Below are positions 20,530 to 28,284 of a DNA stretch of 64,000 nucleotides, one piece after another. The translations under genes were made by a program, and so were the position numbers. Source of the stretch: a virus. Its lineage: Duplodnaviria > Heunggongvirae > Uroviricota > Caudoviricetes. How positions within the stretch are numbered: the first letter of the stretch is position 1; each line of letters opens with the position of its first letter. The stretch lies in the IMG/VR virus record IMGVR_UViG_3300032312_001770, positions 64,001-128,000 of that record; one strand, 5' to 3'. Below the pieces are notes generated by a model. The model was not told the origin of the DNA. It did no database searches and saw only the letters and a list, made by a program, of their open reading frames with translations.

Positions 20530-21165
20530 TTAATATCTGTAATTCTTGGTCGCTTTGCGGCATTTCAACTGACTCTTTATATTATTATTTTCTGAAGTAC
20601 CTAACTCTAACCGAGCATTCTTACGTTTCATAACTAAACCTTCAATCATATCAATAGGAGTTAATTTATCAAAGATATTTTTAAAATCATCTTTATAAGA
20701 CTTAACTCGATAAACATTCTCAGTTACTTTGAAAAGATATTCTTTTTCAGAATCTACTTGACCATAAATAGTATTAAGCAATTGAATTCTTTCTTCAAAT
20801 GTTTTACCTACAAGATATTCGCTATTAAATCCAAGAATATCAAAAATAACAAATTTATGATTAAAAACTTGATTGTTTTCGTCTGACTTAGACTTATTCA
20901 TATATTCACCATTCAAAATCATCCAGCCTTCGCCGCGATAAATATCTTTTATTTCATTATCAGAAATGTTAAAGTTAGTAAGTCTTTGATTGTGACGGTT
21001 CATAACAATAGTCTTAACACCATTTGTAAAGATAACACAATTTGAACCATTAAGTTTTGGCTGAGCAATCAAAGATCCATTATCCCAAAACTCTAATTCC
21101 GTATCAGGAATAGCGTTTTTGGGTCTTGGGGGAAAAATATAACGATAATTGAGGTACTTTGCCAT
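20530..21165 (-). CDS. ATP-dependent ligase or capping-family covalent nucleotidyltransferase (adenylation domain only; RNA ligase-like)
   Basis: Motif I QPKLNG, III ILNGE, IIIa FVIFDI, IV IEGLVMK, V LKCRK; no OB domain. Start at ATG 21165. Confidence 0.8.
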   Translation of the reverse strand: MAKYLNYRYIFPPRPKNAIPDTELEFWDNGSLIAQPKLNGSNCVIFTNGVKTIVMNRHNQRLTNFNISDNEIKDIYRGEGWMILNGEYMNKSKSDENNQVFNHKFVIFDILGFNSEYLVGKTFEERIQLLNTIYGQVDSEKEYLFKVTENVYRVKSYKDDFKNIFDKLTPIDMIEGLVMKRKNARLELGTSENNNIKSQLKCRKATKNYRY

Positions 21166-21184
21166 AAAACAAAGATAAGAAAAA

Positions 21185-21778
21185 CTAAGCGAACTGCCAA
21201 GACATTTGACCAAAAATTTGAGTCAAGTCCTCATTATGTTTACGAGAAGTTGAAATGTTTACTTTTGAGTTAAGAGCCATATTCAACTTGTAATCCATAA
21301 CTTCTAAAGGATTATGAACTTTAAGTTTTTTTCCATTGAAGTCAATTGTAATAAAAGAAGCACTTTCATTATGGAAAAAATCAACTTTATACTCTTTCTC
21401 TGAGGTAAATATTCCTCTCTTGTGTTTAAACTCAACATAGCCTAATCGGTTAGGAGTTGAAAATTCCTCATCGTCATAGCCATCTTTGATATATTTAGGA
21501 TAACGATTTTTATCATCAATAAGAATATCAATATCATTTGTATCTCTGTATATTAGACCAAAAATATTTAGTGCTAATGAACCACTAATGATATCATTGG
21601 GTAATTTATCTGAAATAAAATAAAGTAGGTCTTTATGTTTATCTAAAGCTTTTTCGGAAGCAGTGAAGTTAGCCTCACCACTAATAACTTTTAATTTGTA
21701 ATCTCTGAATTCTGTTTGTAGTTCAGATGGAGTTAAAAAGTTTGTATGTACCGAACCTAAACGATATGAGTTTGCCAT
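21185..21778 (-). CDS. Pol-beta-superfamily nucleotidyltransferase
   Basis: SGSLAL...RDTNDIDILI (GS + DxD motif), with a later VDFF strand. Confidence 0.75.
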   Translation of the reverse strand: MANSYRLGSVHTNFLTPSELQTEFRDYKLKVISGEANFTASEKALDKHKDLLYFISDKLPNDIISGSLALNIFGLIYRDTNDIDILIDDKNRYPKYIKDGYDDEEFSTPNRLGYVEFKHKRGIFTSEKEYKVDFFHNESASFITIDFNGKKLKVHNPLEVMDYKLNMALNSKVNISTSRKHNEDLTQIFGQMSWQFA

Positions 21779-21793
21779 TAATGTAAAAATTAG

Positions 21794-21864
21794 AGGTCGG
21801 GGATAGTAACAAGCTATCGTAACATCACTTGCGGTAATGTACCTATGATCTCGGTCACCCGACC
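21794..21864 (-). ncRNA. tRNA-like cloverleaf RNA (Cys-like GCA loop, U discriminator, non-canonical T- and D-loops)
   Basis: GGTCGGG-TG-ACC(GAGATCATA)GGT-A-CATTA(CCGCAAG)TGATG-TTAC-GATAG(CTTGTTA)CTATC-CCCGACC-T-CTA. Confidence 0.6.
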
Positions 21865-21870
21865 TTATTA

Positions 21871-22011
21871 TTAAGAATTAAACTCAGCGTTGAGTTCATC
21901 CATTAAAAGTTGATTTTGATAGTCTTGAGCCATCTGAAGAAAATCGCATACACAATTAACATCTAAATTCTGATTGTCAAGAACGTCTGAAACTACTGAT
22001 GTGATATCCAT
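21871..22011 (-). CDS. 46-aa acidic peptide (not in ORF track)
   Basis: MDITSVVSDVLDNQNLDVNCVCDFLQMAQDYQNQLLMDELNAEFNS*, directly downstream of TATCTTTG. Confidence 0.6.
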   Translation of the reverse strand: MDITSVVSDVLDNQNLDVNCVCDFLQMAQDYQNQLLMDELNAEFNS

Positions 22012-22043
22012 ATCTTTTTTATTTTGTTATACAAAGATAAGGA

Positions 22044-22418
22044 TTATTTTTTAATATTCAAAATATCTCCTAAAGTTATAGGAGAATGTTCCATTGATTC
22101 TATCTCTAGAATGTGATTAATTCTTTTCTGTCTAAGCATTTCTTTAGAATAAATAGAAGTCATATCTATTAATTTACCAGGAGAATGAGTATGTTGTGTT
22201 ACTCTCATACCTCTTTTACTTATATGTGTTACTGTTTTAGGTTGAAGTTCGTCTGGTAAATATTCATAATCAACAGGCACACATGAATAACAATAACAAT
22301 AACCATCATGATCATACCAATCATCATCATACCAATAACTCCAATAGTAATCATCACTAAGTTCAGCCTTAGTAATTATTCTATCAAGTATTTCTATTTT
22401 ACTTTTTCTCAGTGCCAT
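22044..22418 (-). CDS. Hypothetical protein with an aromatic/acidic, Cys-containing segment
   Basis: YYWSYWYDDDWYDHDGYCYCYSC; RQKRINHIL motif. Confidence 0.55.
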   Translation of the reverse strand: MALRKSKIEILDRIITKAELSDDYYWSYWYDDDWYDHDGYCYCYSCVPVDYEYLPDELQPKTVTHISKRGMRVTQHTHSPGKLIDMTSIYSKEMLRQKRINHILEIESMEHSPITLGDILNIKK

Positions 22419-22827
22419 TTATTAACTCACTTAATCTCCAATCTCTGATGTTGATTTTAAAATCATCAAAAGAATGAGAGTTAGCCATTATATCTATTCT
22501 CGTATTTATTTCTTTTATTAAGTCACTTATTTCCATATCTCTATTTCTACATTGACCATCATAAACACATTCGACTTTATTTTCATCAGAAGATAATACC
22601 CAAACTGTGATGTTTTTGTAAACATCAAACATTTTTTTTGTTCTATGCAAATGTTCTTCAGCAACTTGTCTTGATGAATTTTTAGTATCAACATAAACAG
22701 CAAAAATAGGATTATTCAAATCTAATTCAATCTTTTCTTCTTGTTGATACATCATAGTAATAGGAATATTACTATTGAGTGCCGAAGATAAAGGAGTGGT
22801 AGGATTATTAAAAAAAGGTAAAGGCAT
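22399..22827 (-). CDS. Hypothetical protein
   Basis: 142 aa with C-terminal IRDWRLSELI. Confidence 0.55.
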   Translation of the reverse strand: MPLPFFNNPTTPLSSALNSNIPITMMYQQEEKIELDLNNPIFAVYVDTKNSSRQVAEEHLHRTKKMFDVYKNITVWVLSSDENKVECVYDGQCRNRDMEISDLIKEINTRIDIMANSHSFDDFKINIRDWRLSELINGTEKK

Positions 22828-22871
22828 AAATAAGTTTTATTTTTTATTTATACCAAAAAGATAAAATTTGT

Positions 22872-23354
22872 TTATATCTTATCTATCATAGGAACACTTC
22901 TGTGAAATAATCTTAACTTGGCTTCTTCTTTAGAAAGAAAACCAGCCCAATCTATTTCACCAAAAGGAAGCTTATGATTTGGAATAACTTCTGAGTCTAA
23001 TCCGATTTCGGAAATATCATTAATATACATAGTAAATAAGTATATCTTTTTATAAACTACATCTTTCTTTTTGTAATTCATATAATCAAGAACTAATGGT
23101 TCACCAGAAATCATATCATCGGTGAGTTTCACAGATGTTTCTTCAAAAAGTTCTCTTAAAGCCGCTTGTTTGATAGTCTCACCCTCTTCAATACCACCTT
23201 TTGGAAAAGAATAAGAACCAAACCATTTATCATTATTTGATGGATGGCAAATCAATACTTTTTCGTTCTTTAGAACAATTATAACACCAGCTGACTTCTT
23301 CATCTTACTTTCAAAAGGTTCAAATTCAAAAAATTTATCAATCTTATTTATCAT
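22872..23354 (-). CDS. NUDIX hydrolase
   Basis: FPKGGIEEGETIKQAALRELFEETS; SAGVII N-terminal strand. Confidence 0.9.
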   Translation of the reverse strand: MINKIDKFFEFEPFESKMKKSAGVIIVLKNEKVLICHPSNNDKWFGSYSFPKGGIEEGETIKQAALRELFEETSVKLTDDMISGEPLVLDYMNYKKKDVVYKKIYLFTMYINDISEIGLDSEVIPNHKLPFGEIDWAGFLSKEEAKLRLFHRSVPMIDKI

Positions 23355-23836
23355 TAGTCTATATGTCTGACATCTTTGTGCGATGCTTTAGGTTTTTGGT
23401 TGTGTGACCACAATCTTGCGAATGGTGTTTGAAAGAAATCATTATAGATTAAAGTATCGTCAATATGTAGTGAAATATTATGTTTTTTACAATAATCAGC
23501 TTTAACATGGTCCCAAAGACCATCTTCAAACTTCTTTTGAATTGTACCATCTGGAAACTGAATCTCACCGGTTACACCAGCACCCATTTCAATCAAATGG
23601 TCATATACAGAAAACTTATGTGTCCATTTAACACCAAATTCATTTAATTGTTTTTCAAAATCTTCACTCCAATGACCACCTGTAATTAAGTGAACTTCTC
23701 CACCATTTTTAACAAATGAATCAGTTAAAAATGAAAAAAATTCCGGCATCGCATCTACAACTCCATGTATATCTAAACCTAACTTAAAAACACCAATACT
23801 CACTTCCTCATTAACCATTTCACTAAATTTAATCAT
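23354..23836 (-). CDS. HAD-superfamily phosphatase or nucleotidase
   Basis: LDIHGV (variant motif I), LITG (II), K (III), HIDD (IV). Confidence 0.75.
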   Translation of the reverse strand: MIKFSEMVNEEVSIGVFKLGLDIHGVVDAMPEFFSFLTDSFVKNGGEVHLITGGHWSEDFEKQLNEFGVKWTHKFSVYDHLIEMGAGVTGEIQFPDGTIQKKFEDGLWDHVKADYCKKHNISLHIDDTLIYNDFFQTPFARLWSHNQKPKASHKDVRHID

Positions 23837-23861
23837 TTACTATATATTACAAATATAAAAA

Positions 23862-24233
23862 TTATTTTAATATATCCCTAATTTTTTTATCTCTCATATA
23901 TTGAATAATATTATTAGGTGGTTTCTTAAAAGCACCTTTAATAAAACTCAAAAATATTTCTAATTGTAAATCTTTATTATCACCAAATGTTTTCAAACTA
24001 AAACTACCAAAGTTTTTACCAGACATCATATGACTGCTCATTTGTGATAAACTAAGATGTGCTAAGTCATGTTCATCATCTAAACGTATCTTCAATTGAT
24101 CAGCAAAAGCCATAGCATTTTGATTAGGATTACCAATCACATCAGTAGCCATGCTAAAAAAATACGGCTTGGATGACCAAGTTTGAGTAAATCCTAACTC
24201 TTTAATAAATGATATGAATTCTTTCTTTATCAT
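23862..24233 (-). CDS. Hypothetical protein
   Basis: Start at ATG 24233 overlaps the upstream TAA (TAATG); C-terminal MRDKKIRDILK. Confidence 0.55.
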   Translation of the reverse strand: MIKKEFISFIKELGFTQTWSSKPYFFSMATDVIGNPNQNAMAFADQLKIRLDDEHDLAHLSLSQMSSHMMSGKNFGSFSLKTFGDNKDLQLEIFLSFIKGAFKKPPNNIIQYMRDKKIRDILK

Positions 24234-24634
24234 TAGTAAACTAAATCTCTCCAATAGGAATCTTCTACCGGTACAACTAAACACTTATGACCTTTTTCTT
24301 CACAAGCTTGATTAATCAATTGAACTTCATAATCATCGTTTTCAAAATGTCTATCAATACCTAAATTAATAATATAAGAAAACTTCATTTCACGATTAGT
24401 AAAATGAATTGTCTTAATACCTAACTTTTTAGCCAATTCTTGAACTTCTAAGTGTTCATTTTTAATACCTTTATCAGCATTTTCTGGACCAAATCTTTTA
24501 GTAATAATCATTACTTCATGTCCTTCGATAAGATATTTCTTAGCCAATCCTTGAACTTCATCTTTTTGGCTATTAGATGGATGACCACCAAACTCATCTA
24601 CTAAAGTTCCATCAAAATCAAAACTTATTCTCAT
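24233..24634 (-). CDS. HAD-superfamily hydrolase
   Basis: ISFDFDGTL, IITKR, K, HFENDD. Confidence 0.8.
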   Translation of the reverse strand: MRISFDFDGTLVDEFGGHPSNSQKDEVQGLAKKYLIEGHEVMIITKRFGPENADKGIKNEHLEVQELAKKLGIKTIHFTNREMKFSYIINLGIDRHFENDDYEVQLINQACEEKGHKCLVVPVEDSYWRDLVY

Positions 24635-25098
24635 ATACTTATTTCTAATATTTTAAATTTGAAAACACCAGCTGGTGTTTTCACATCACATATCTGATTT
24701 AGTGTCTTTCCAAGTAAACCAGCACCAATTGGACTACTTGTTGATATTTTACTTACCTTTATGTCAATTTCATTCTCTGGGACAATCTTAAATATCATTT
24801 CTTTATTATTAGTTGTATTCAAAACTTTTACTGTTGTAAAAATGGCAACTTTATCAGTTTTAATATCAGCCACATCAACAATAGTAGAGTTTGCTAAGAA
24901 AGATTGTAGTTTGTCAATTTTCTTTTGAACTTTTTCATACTCTTCTTTAGCAATTAAGTATTGTGTATTTTCTTCTAATGTACCACTTTCACGAGCTTCG
25001 GTCAATTCATTTATCACACGACTTTTTTCAACAGTCAATAAGAAGTTCAATTCTTCTTGAAGTTTTATTTTTCCTTCTTTTGTTAGTATATTTTTCAT
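24631..25098 (-). CDS. greA: GreA/GreB-family transcription elongation factor (variant tip)
   Basis: LTKEG..KL..EL..L, ARESGTLEENTQY, ISTSSPIGAGLLGK and TPAG motifs. Confidence 0.9.
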   Translation of the reverse strand: MKNILTKEGKIKLQEELNFLLTVEKSRVINELTEARESGTLEENTQYLIAKEEYEKVQKKIDKLQSFLANSTIVDVADIKTDKVAIFTTVKVLNTTNNKEMIFKIVPENEIDIKVSKISTSSPIGAGLLGKTLNQICDVKTPAGVFKFKILEISI

Positions 25099-25730
25099 TT
25101 TAGGTTTTTATTTTTATTAAATGTTTTTTCATAAACGTCCTTAATAGCTTGTTTACCATTAGGTTGAATTTCTCTTGTTCCAATACCAGCAAAGTTTTGA
25201 ACATCAATAGTAGGAACTTCTTTCATTTCAACAAATTGAAGTGTTGAATAAGACCATCTAAACCACTTATCTCTAATTTGGTCAAAAACAAAAACTTCTC
25301 TATTATTATTAACACCCATCATAACTGCATAGCCAGTACCACCATCAACGATATCATATTTACCTTTATTGTAGTAACCTTTAGTATTTTTTTCACTAGG
25401 TTTGATAATAGTACCTATAGCAAAAATCTGCTCAGAGTATTTAACTTGAGCCCAATTACGAGCTAAAAGATTCATATACTTATGAATACCATAACGGTTC
25501 AAATACTTATTGGCTTTATTAACTTCTATAACACCATCTTTATAATCTTCATCTGATATTTCAATCTTATTAGGTGATGTATGTTTAGGGGTCTTATAAG
25601 AGTAAGCTCTGGTGAGCACACCAAATGGAATACCATCAATTTCCCAATCAGTATCAGCACCAGGCGCACCACCAGAATGACAAACTACTTTTGTTAAGTC
25701 AATAGGTTTTTTGTCAAATATATCTATCAT
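25095..25730 (-). CDS. SLOG-superfamily (DprA/YspA-like) nucleotide-binding protein
   Basis: HSGGAPGAD, GGTGYA and FAGIGTR motifs. Confidence 0.6.
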   Translation of the reverse strand: MIDIFDKKPIDLTKVVCHSGGAPGADTDWEIDGIPFGVLTRAYSYKTPKHTSPNKIEISDEDYKDGVIEVNKANKYLNRYGIHKYMNLLARNWAQVKYSEQIFAIGTIIKPSEKNTKGYYNKGKYDIVDGGTGYAVMMGVNNNREVFVFDQIRDKWFRWSYSTLQFVEMKEVPTIDVQNFAGIGTREIQPNGKQAIKDVYEKTFNKNKNLK

Positions 25731-25996
25731 TATTCTAATATTTTTTTTAATAAAATCTCTCTGTTTAGAGAAATATTTTCCTCAAAAAATAAACTAATAG
25801 TTGTTTCATCATCAAATGTAGAAAATATATTAAGTTTATATTTAACATCAATATAAAAACTATCTAAATGGTTTATTATCAAAAATCTAGCATCATCTAT
25901 TGATGATATTTTTCTTCCAATTTCAATTGGGAAAGATTCCATTAGTTTTTTGTCTTTTCCGTAATAAATGTTAACTGATATAATGCTCTGTGACAT
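25730..25996 (-). CDS. Hypothetical protein
   Basis: 88 aa with C-terminal NREILLKKILE. Confidence 0.5.
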   Translation of the reverse strand: MSQSIISVNIYYGKDKKLMESFPIEIGRKISSIDDARFLIINHLDSFYIDVKYKLNIFSTFDDETTISLFFEENISLNREILLKKILE

Positions 25997-25999
25997 AGA

Positions 26000-26869
26000 C
26001 TATAAACTTACTTTTAATCCTTCAATGTTCCAGATAGCAATATTACCATCCATCTTAAAGTATAAATCTCTTATATCAACTGGTTCGTTCAAAACATATT
26101 TCTTTAGATATAAGAAAAATAGATTACCATTACATCCTACCATTTCTTTGTATAACTCAGTACCAGTCTCAGACAAATATGTATTAATTCGGAAGTCTTC
26201 TATTCTTTTTACTGTAAAAAGTTTAGTTTTAAATAAACTTCTATCAACAGTATTTAGTATTTCTTCAATTTGATTAAAACTTTCAAAAGCATAAATAACC
26301 TCATCATTTTTAACACAAGCAATATCTAAATTAAGATGTTTGTATTTATTTAATAATTCTTCAATAATAACTCGTTGAGCTTTACCTTGTCTTTTTGGAT
26401 TGATATTGCCAAAGATAAACTGTCTTAATTGTTTTGAGTGATTGAAAATCTCAGGAACATCAAACTTAGCAATAAAGTCTTCATAAGAACCGCCAAGTTC
26501 AGGTGCAAACTCAGGATCGTAATTTTTAAGAACTACCCAATTGGCTTTTTTAATATCAATTGAGATATATTTCTTATCTTCTGAATATTCAAAGTTTTTG
26601 GTTGTTGGTAGATCGGGTAATAGATTATCATCTTGAAGTTCATTGTAAGCTCTTGTGAGCTTCAAATAATCAATAATCTCATTTGACTTTTTTAATCTAT
26701 ACTCATAAAGTTCACCATACTTTTCTTCGGCTCCTTCATAAAGTTTAATTAAGTCTTTAATGTTTTTCCACCTTTCTAATTTTGAAAATTGATTAATATA
26801 ATAATCAAAATGTGCGTAATCCGGTACACTGATATCCATCAATCTACAAAAACCTTTTACGTCTTTCAT
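26000..26869 (-). CDS. Minimal polymerase-like palm protein (PolA-superfamily-like)
   Basis: ISIDIKKAN (motif A-like), SKQLRQFIFG (B-like), VKNDEVIY (C-like, compare VHDE). Confidence 0.45.
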   Translation of the reverse strand: MKDVKGFCRLMDISVPDYAHFDYYINQFSKLERWKNIKDLIKLYEGAEEKYGELYEYRLKKSNEIIDYLKLTRAYNELQDDNLLPDLPTTKNFEYSEDKKYISIDIKKANWVVLKNYDPEFAPELGGSYEDFIAKFDVPEIFNHSKQLRQFIFGNINPKRQGKAQRVIIEELLNKYKHLNLDIACVKNDEVIYAFESFNQIEEILNTVDRSLFKTKLFTVKRIEDFRINTYLSETGTELYKEMVGCNGNLFFLYLKKYVLNEPVDIRDLYFKMDGNIAIWNIEGLKVSL

Positions 26870-26871
26870 AT

Positions 26872-27210
26872 TTAGTTTAGTATTTGTTTTAGTTTCTCGT
26901 CTCGTAAATAAGCTTTATAATCTTCTTGTTCAGTTATGAAATATTCTGACATTTCTTTTTCAGTAAAGTAATACCATTTAATTTTCTCAATATGAGGTAA
27001 ATTCCACCAGTCCTTTCTACCAGAAAATGAACCAAAATATTCATCTTCAACACAGAAACCATATCCTGTTTTACCGTTAACCTCTTTATCGGCATTGTAT
27101 TCCAATGGACCACATCCTTTAATAGGATAATGAGAACCGTTTTTAAGTGTTTTGTATTCTTTAACACAAACCAGTCTATCACCCATTTCAAATCTAACAA
27201 ATTTATCCAT
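26872..27210 (-). CDS. Hypothetical protein
   Basis: 112 aa with C-terminal LRDEKLKQILN. Confidence 0.55.
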   Translation of the reverse strand: MDKFVRFEMGDRLVCVKEYKTLKNGSHYPIKGCGPLEYNADKEVNGKTGYGFCVEDEYFGSFSGRKDWWNLPHIEKIKWYYFTEKEMSEYFITEQEDYKAYLRDEKLKQILN

Positions 27211-27424
27211 TGAATATTCGTTTAATTTTTTCTTTTCTCATTTTTATAATGCGAACCTTATCTCTCAACTTAAAAACTTCAGAGTAAACATCTGTTACCA
27301 GTCTTGAGTTTTCACCATAATTAGAGTTAGCAATCATCTTGTAATAAGCTAATTTAGTTTCTAATTCTTTCATCTTTTCTAATTCTTTCATCTTAATCTT
27401 CTCCATGATGGTCAATTTTTTCAA
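27203..27424 (-). CDS. Mini-protein with a PolB motif B-like sequence
   Basis: KMIANSNYG within a helical 73-aa ORF; C-terminal MRKEKIKRIF. Confidence 0.5.
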   Translation of the reverse strand: MKKLTIMEKIKMKELEKMKELETKLAYYKMIANSNYGENSRLVTDVYSEVFKLRDKVRIIKMRKEKIKRIFNG

Positions 27425-27998
27425 TAGTTCTCTTTGACATTATGTTAGTAATATCACCAATATTAAATGGACGATACTCACCAAATTTCTTAAAAGCAAC
27501 ATCAACTCCAACATCCATTGATTTTCCATAGTCAGGAATTGAACCATGTGAGTGACCATAAAGATGTATAACACCTTTATGACTACCTAACCAAACACGA
27601 TGAGAATAGTGAGAGAGAAACAACTCAGTTTTACCCAACTTCAAATGTAAAACATCTTGAACAGATGAGAAAATTTGAATCGGATTAAATGATGTGTCGT
27701 GATATTTTATTTCTTTATCTACTATATGTTGATCATGATTTCCTAAAATCAAATGTACATTTTTACAAACAATGTAGTTTCTAAATTGAAGTATATTATG
27801 AACTCCGCCAAAACTCCAATCACCTAAGTGATAAAGAATATCATCTTCTTTTACATATTTGTTAATACCATCAACAAGTGCCATATTCATTTCATGTACA
27901 GAGTTAAAATCTCTATATCCTGACAACCAGTTAGATATTTTCGGACCTGCTATATTTGTATGTCCAAAGTGTGTGTCTGATGTAAACCATATATTCAT
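27393..27998 (-). CDS. Calcineurin-like metallophosphoesterase
   Basis: SDTHFGH, HLGD, GNHD, GHSH and DVGVD motifs. Confidence 0.9.
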   Translation of the reverse strand: MNIWFTSDTHFGHTNIAGPKISNWLSGYRDFNSVHEMNMALVDGINKYVKEDDILYHLGDWSFGGVHNILQFRNYIVCKNVHLILGNHDQHIVDKEIKYHDTSFNPIQIFSSVQDVLHLKLGKTELFLSHYSHRVWLGSHKGVIHLYGHSHGSIPDYGKSMDVGVDVAFKKFGEYRPFNIGDITNIMSKRTIEKIDHHGED

Positions 27999-28016
27999 GA
28001 TACAAATATATGAATA

Positions 28017-28165
28017 TTATTTAAAAAATAAAAGAGATTTGTTATATTTTCTTGAGAGTCCTATTTTATCTATCTCATAACCATCATATAACCATTTAGA
28101 AAGGTATTCTATCTTTTGGCGTTGACATAATCTTATTATAGAAGATTTACTTTTTTTATTTTGCT
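28017..28165 (-). pseudogene. C-terminal remnant of a LAGLIDADG-type homing endonuclease
   Basis: Minus frame reads KKSKSSIIRLCQRQKIEYLSKWLYDGYEIDKIGLSRKYNK...*; WLY...LxRKY resembles LAGLIDADG C-termini. Confidence 0.45.
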
Positions 28166-28267
28166 TTCTTAGCAGCAGAAAGATTGTTAGAAAAATATCC
28201 AGATATGGAAGGTAACATCATTACTATATTATGCGATAGAGGAGAAAGATATCTTTCTTGTTTTTAA
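28163..28267 (+). pseudogene. C-terminal remnant of cysteine synthase (CysK/CysM)
   Basis: AFLAAERLLEKYPDMEGNIITILCDRGERYLSCF* matches the CysK terminal motif (I/V)xxxxDxGERYLS; in-frame TAG at 28139-28141. Confidence 0.7.
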
Positions 28268-28271
28268 AAAT

Positions 28272-28279
28272 AATATATA
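28272..28279 (+). promoter_or_regulatory. Putative phage late promoter AATATATA (representative of about 20 sites)
   Basis: Recurs a few to ~25 nt before starts, e.g. upstream of 6163, 23836, 28285, 39472, 43027, 49213, 50062 and 59413. Confidence 0.65.
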
Positions 28280-28284
28280 GTGTA

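Noticed and set aside
21794-21864. Canonical functional tRNA-Cys, or a known riboswitch (TPP, SAM-I, c-di-GMP)
   Set aside because: It lacks the TTC T-loop, U33 and CCA, and I see no riboswitch consensus. It is kept only as a tRNA-like ncRNA.
26000-27424. 26000 and 27203 ORFs as the missing second half of PolB
   Set aside because: 26000 has its own motif A-like Asp and a PolA-like NDE instead of YGDTDS, and 27203 has no palm. Neither completes the enzyme.
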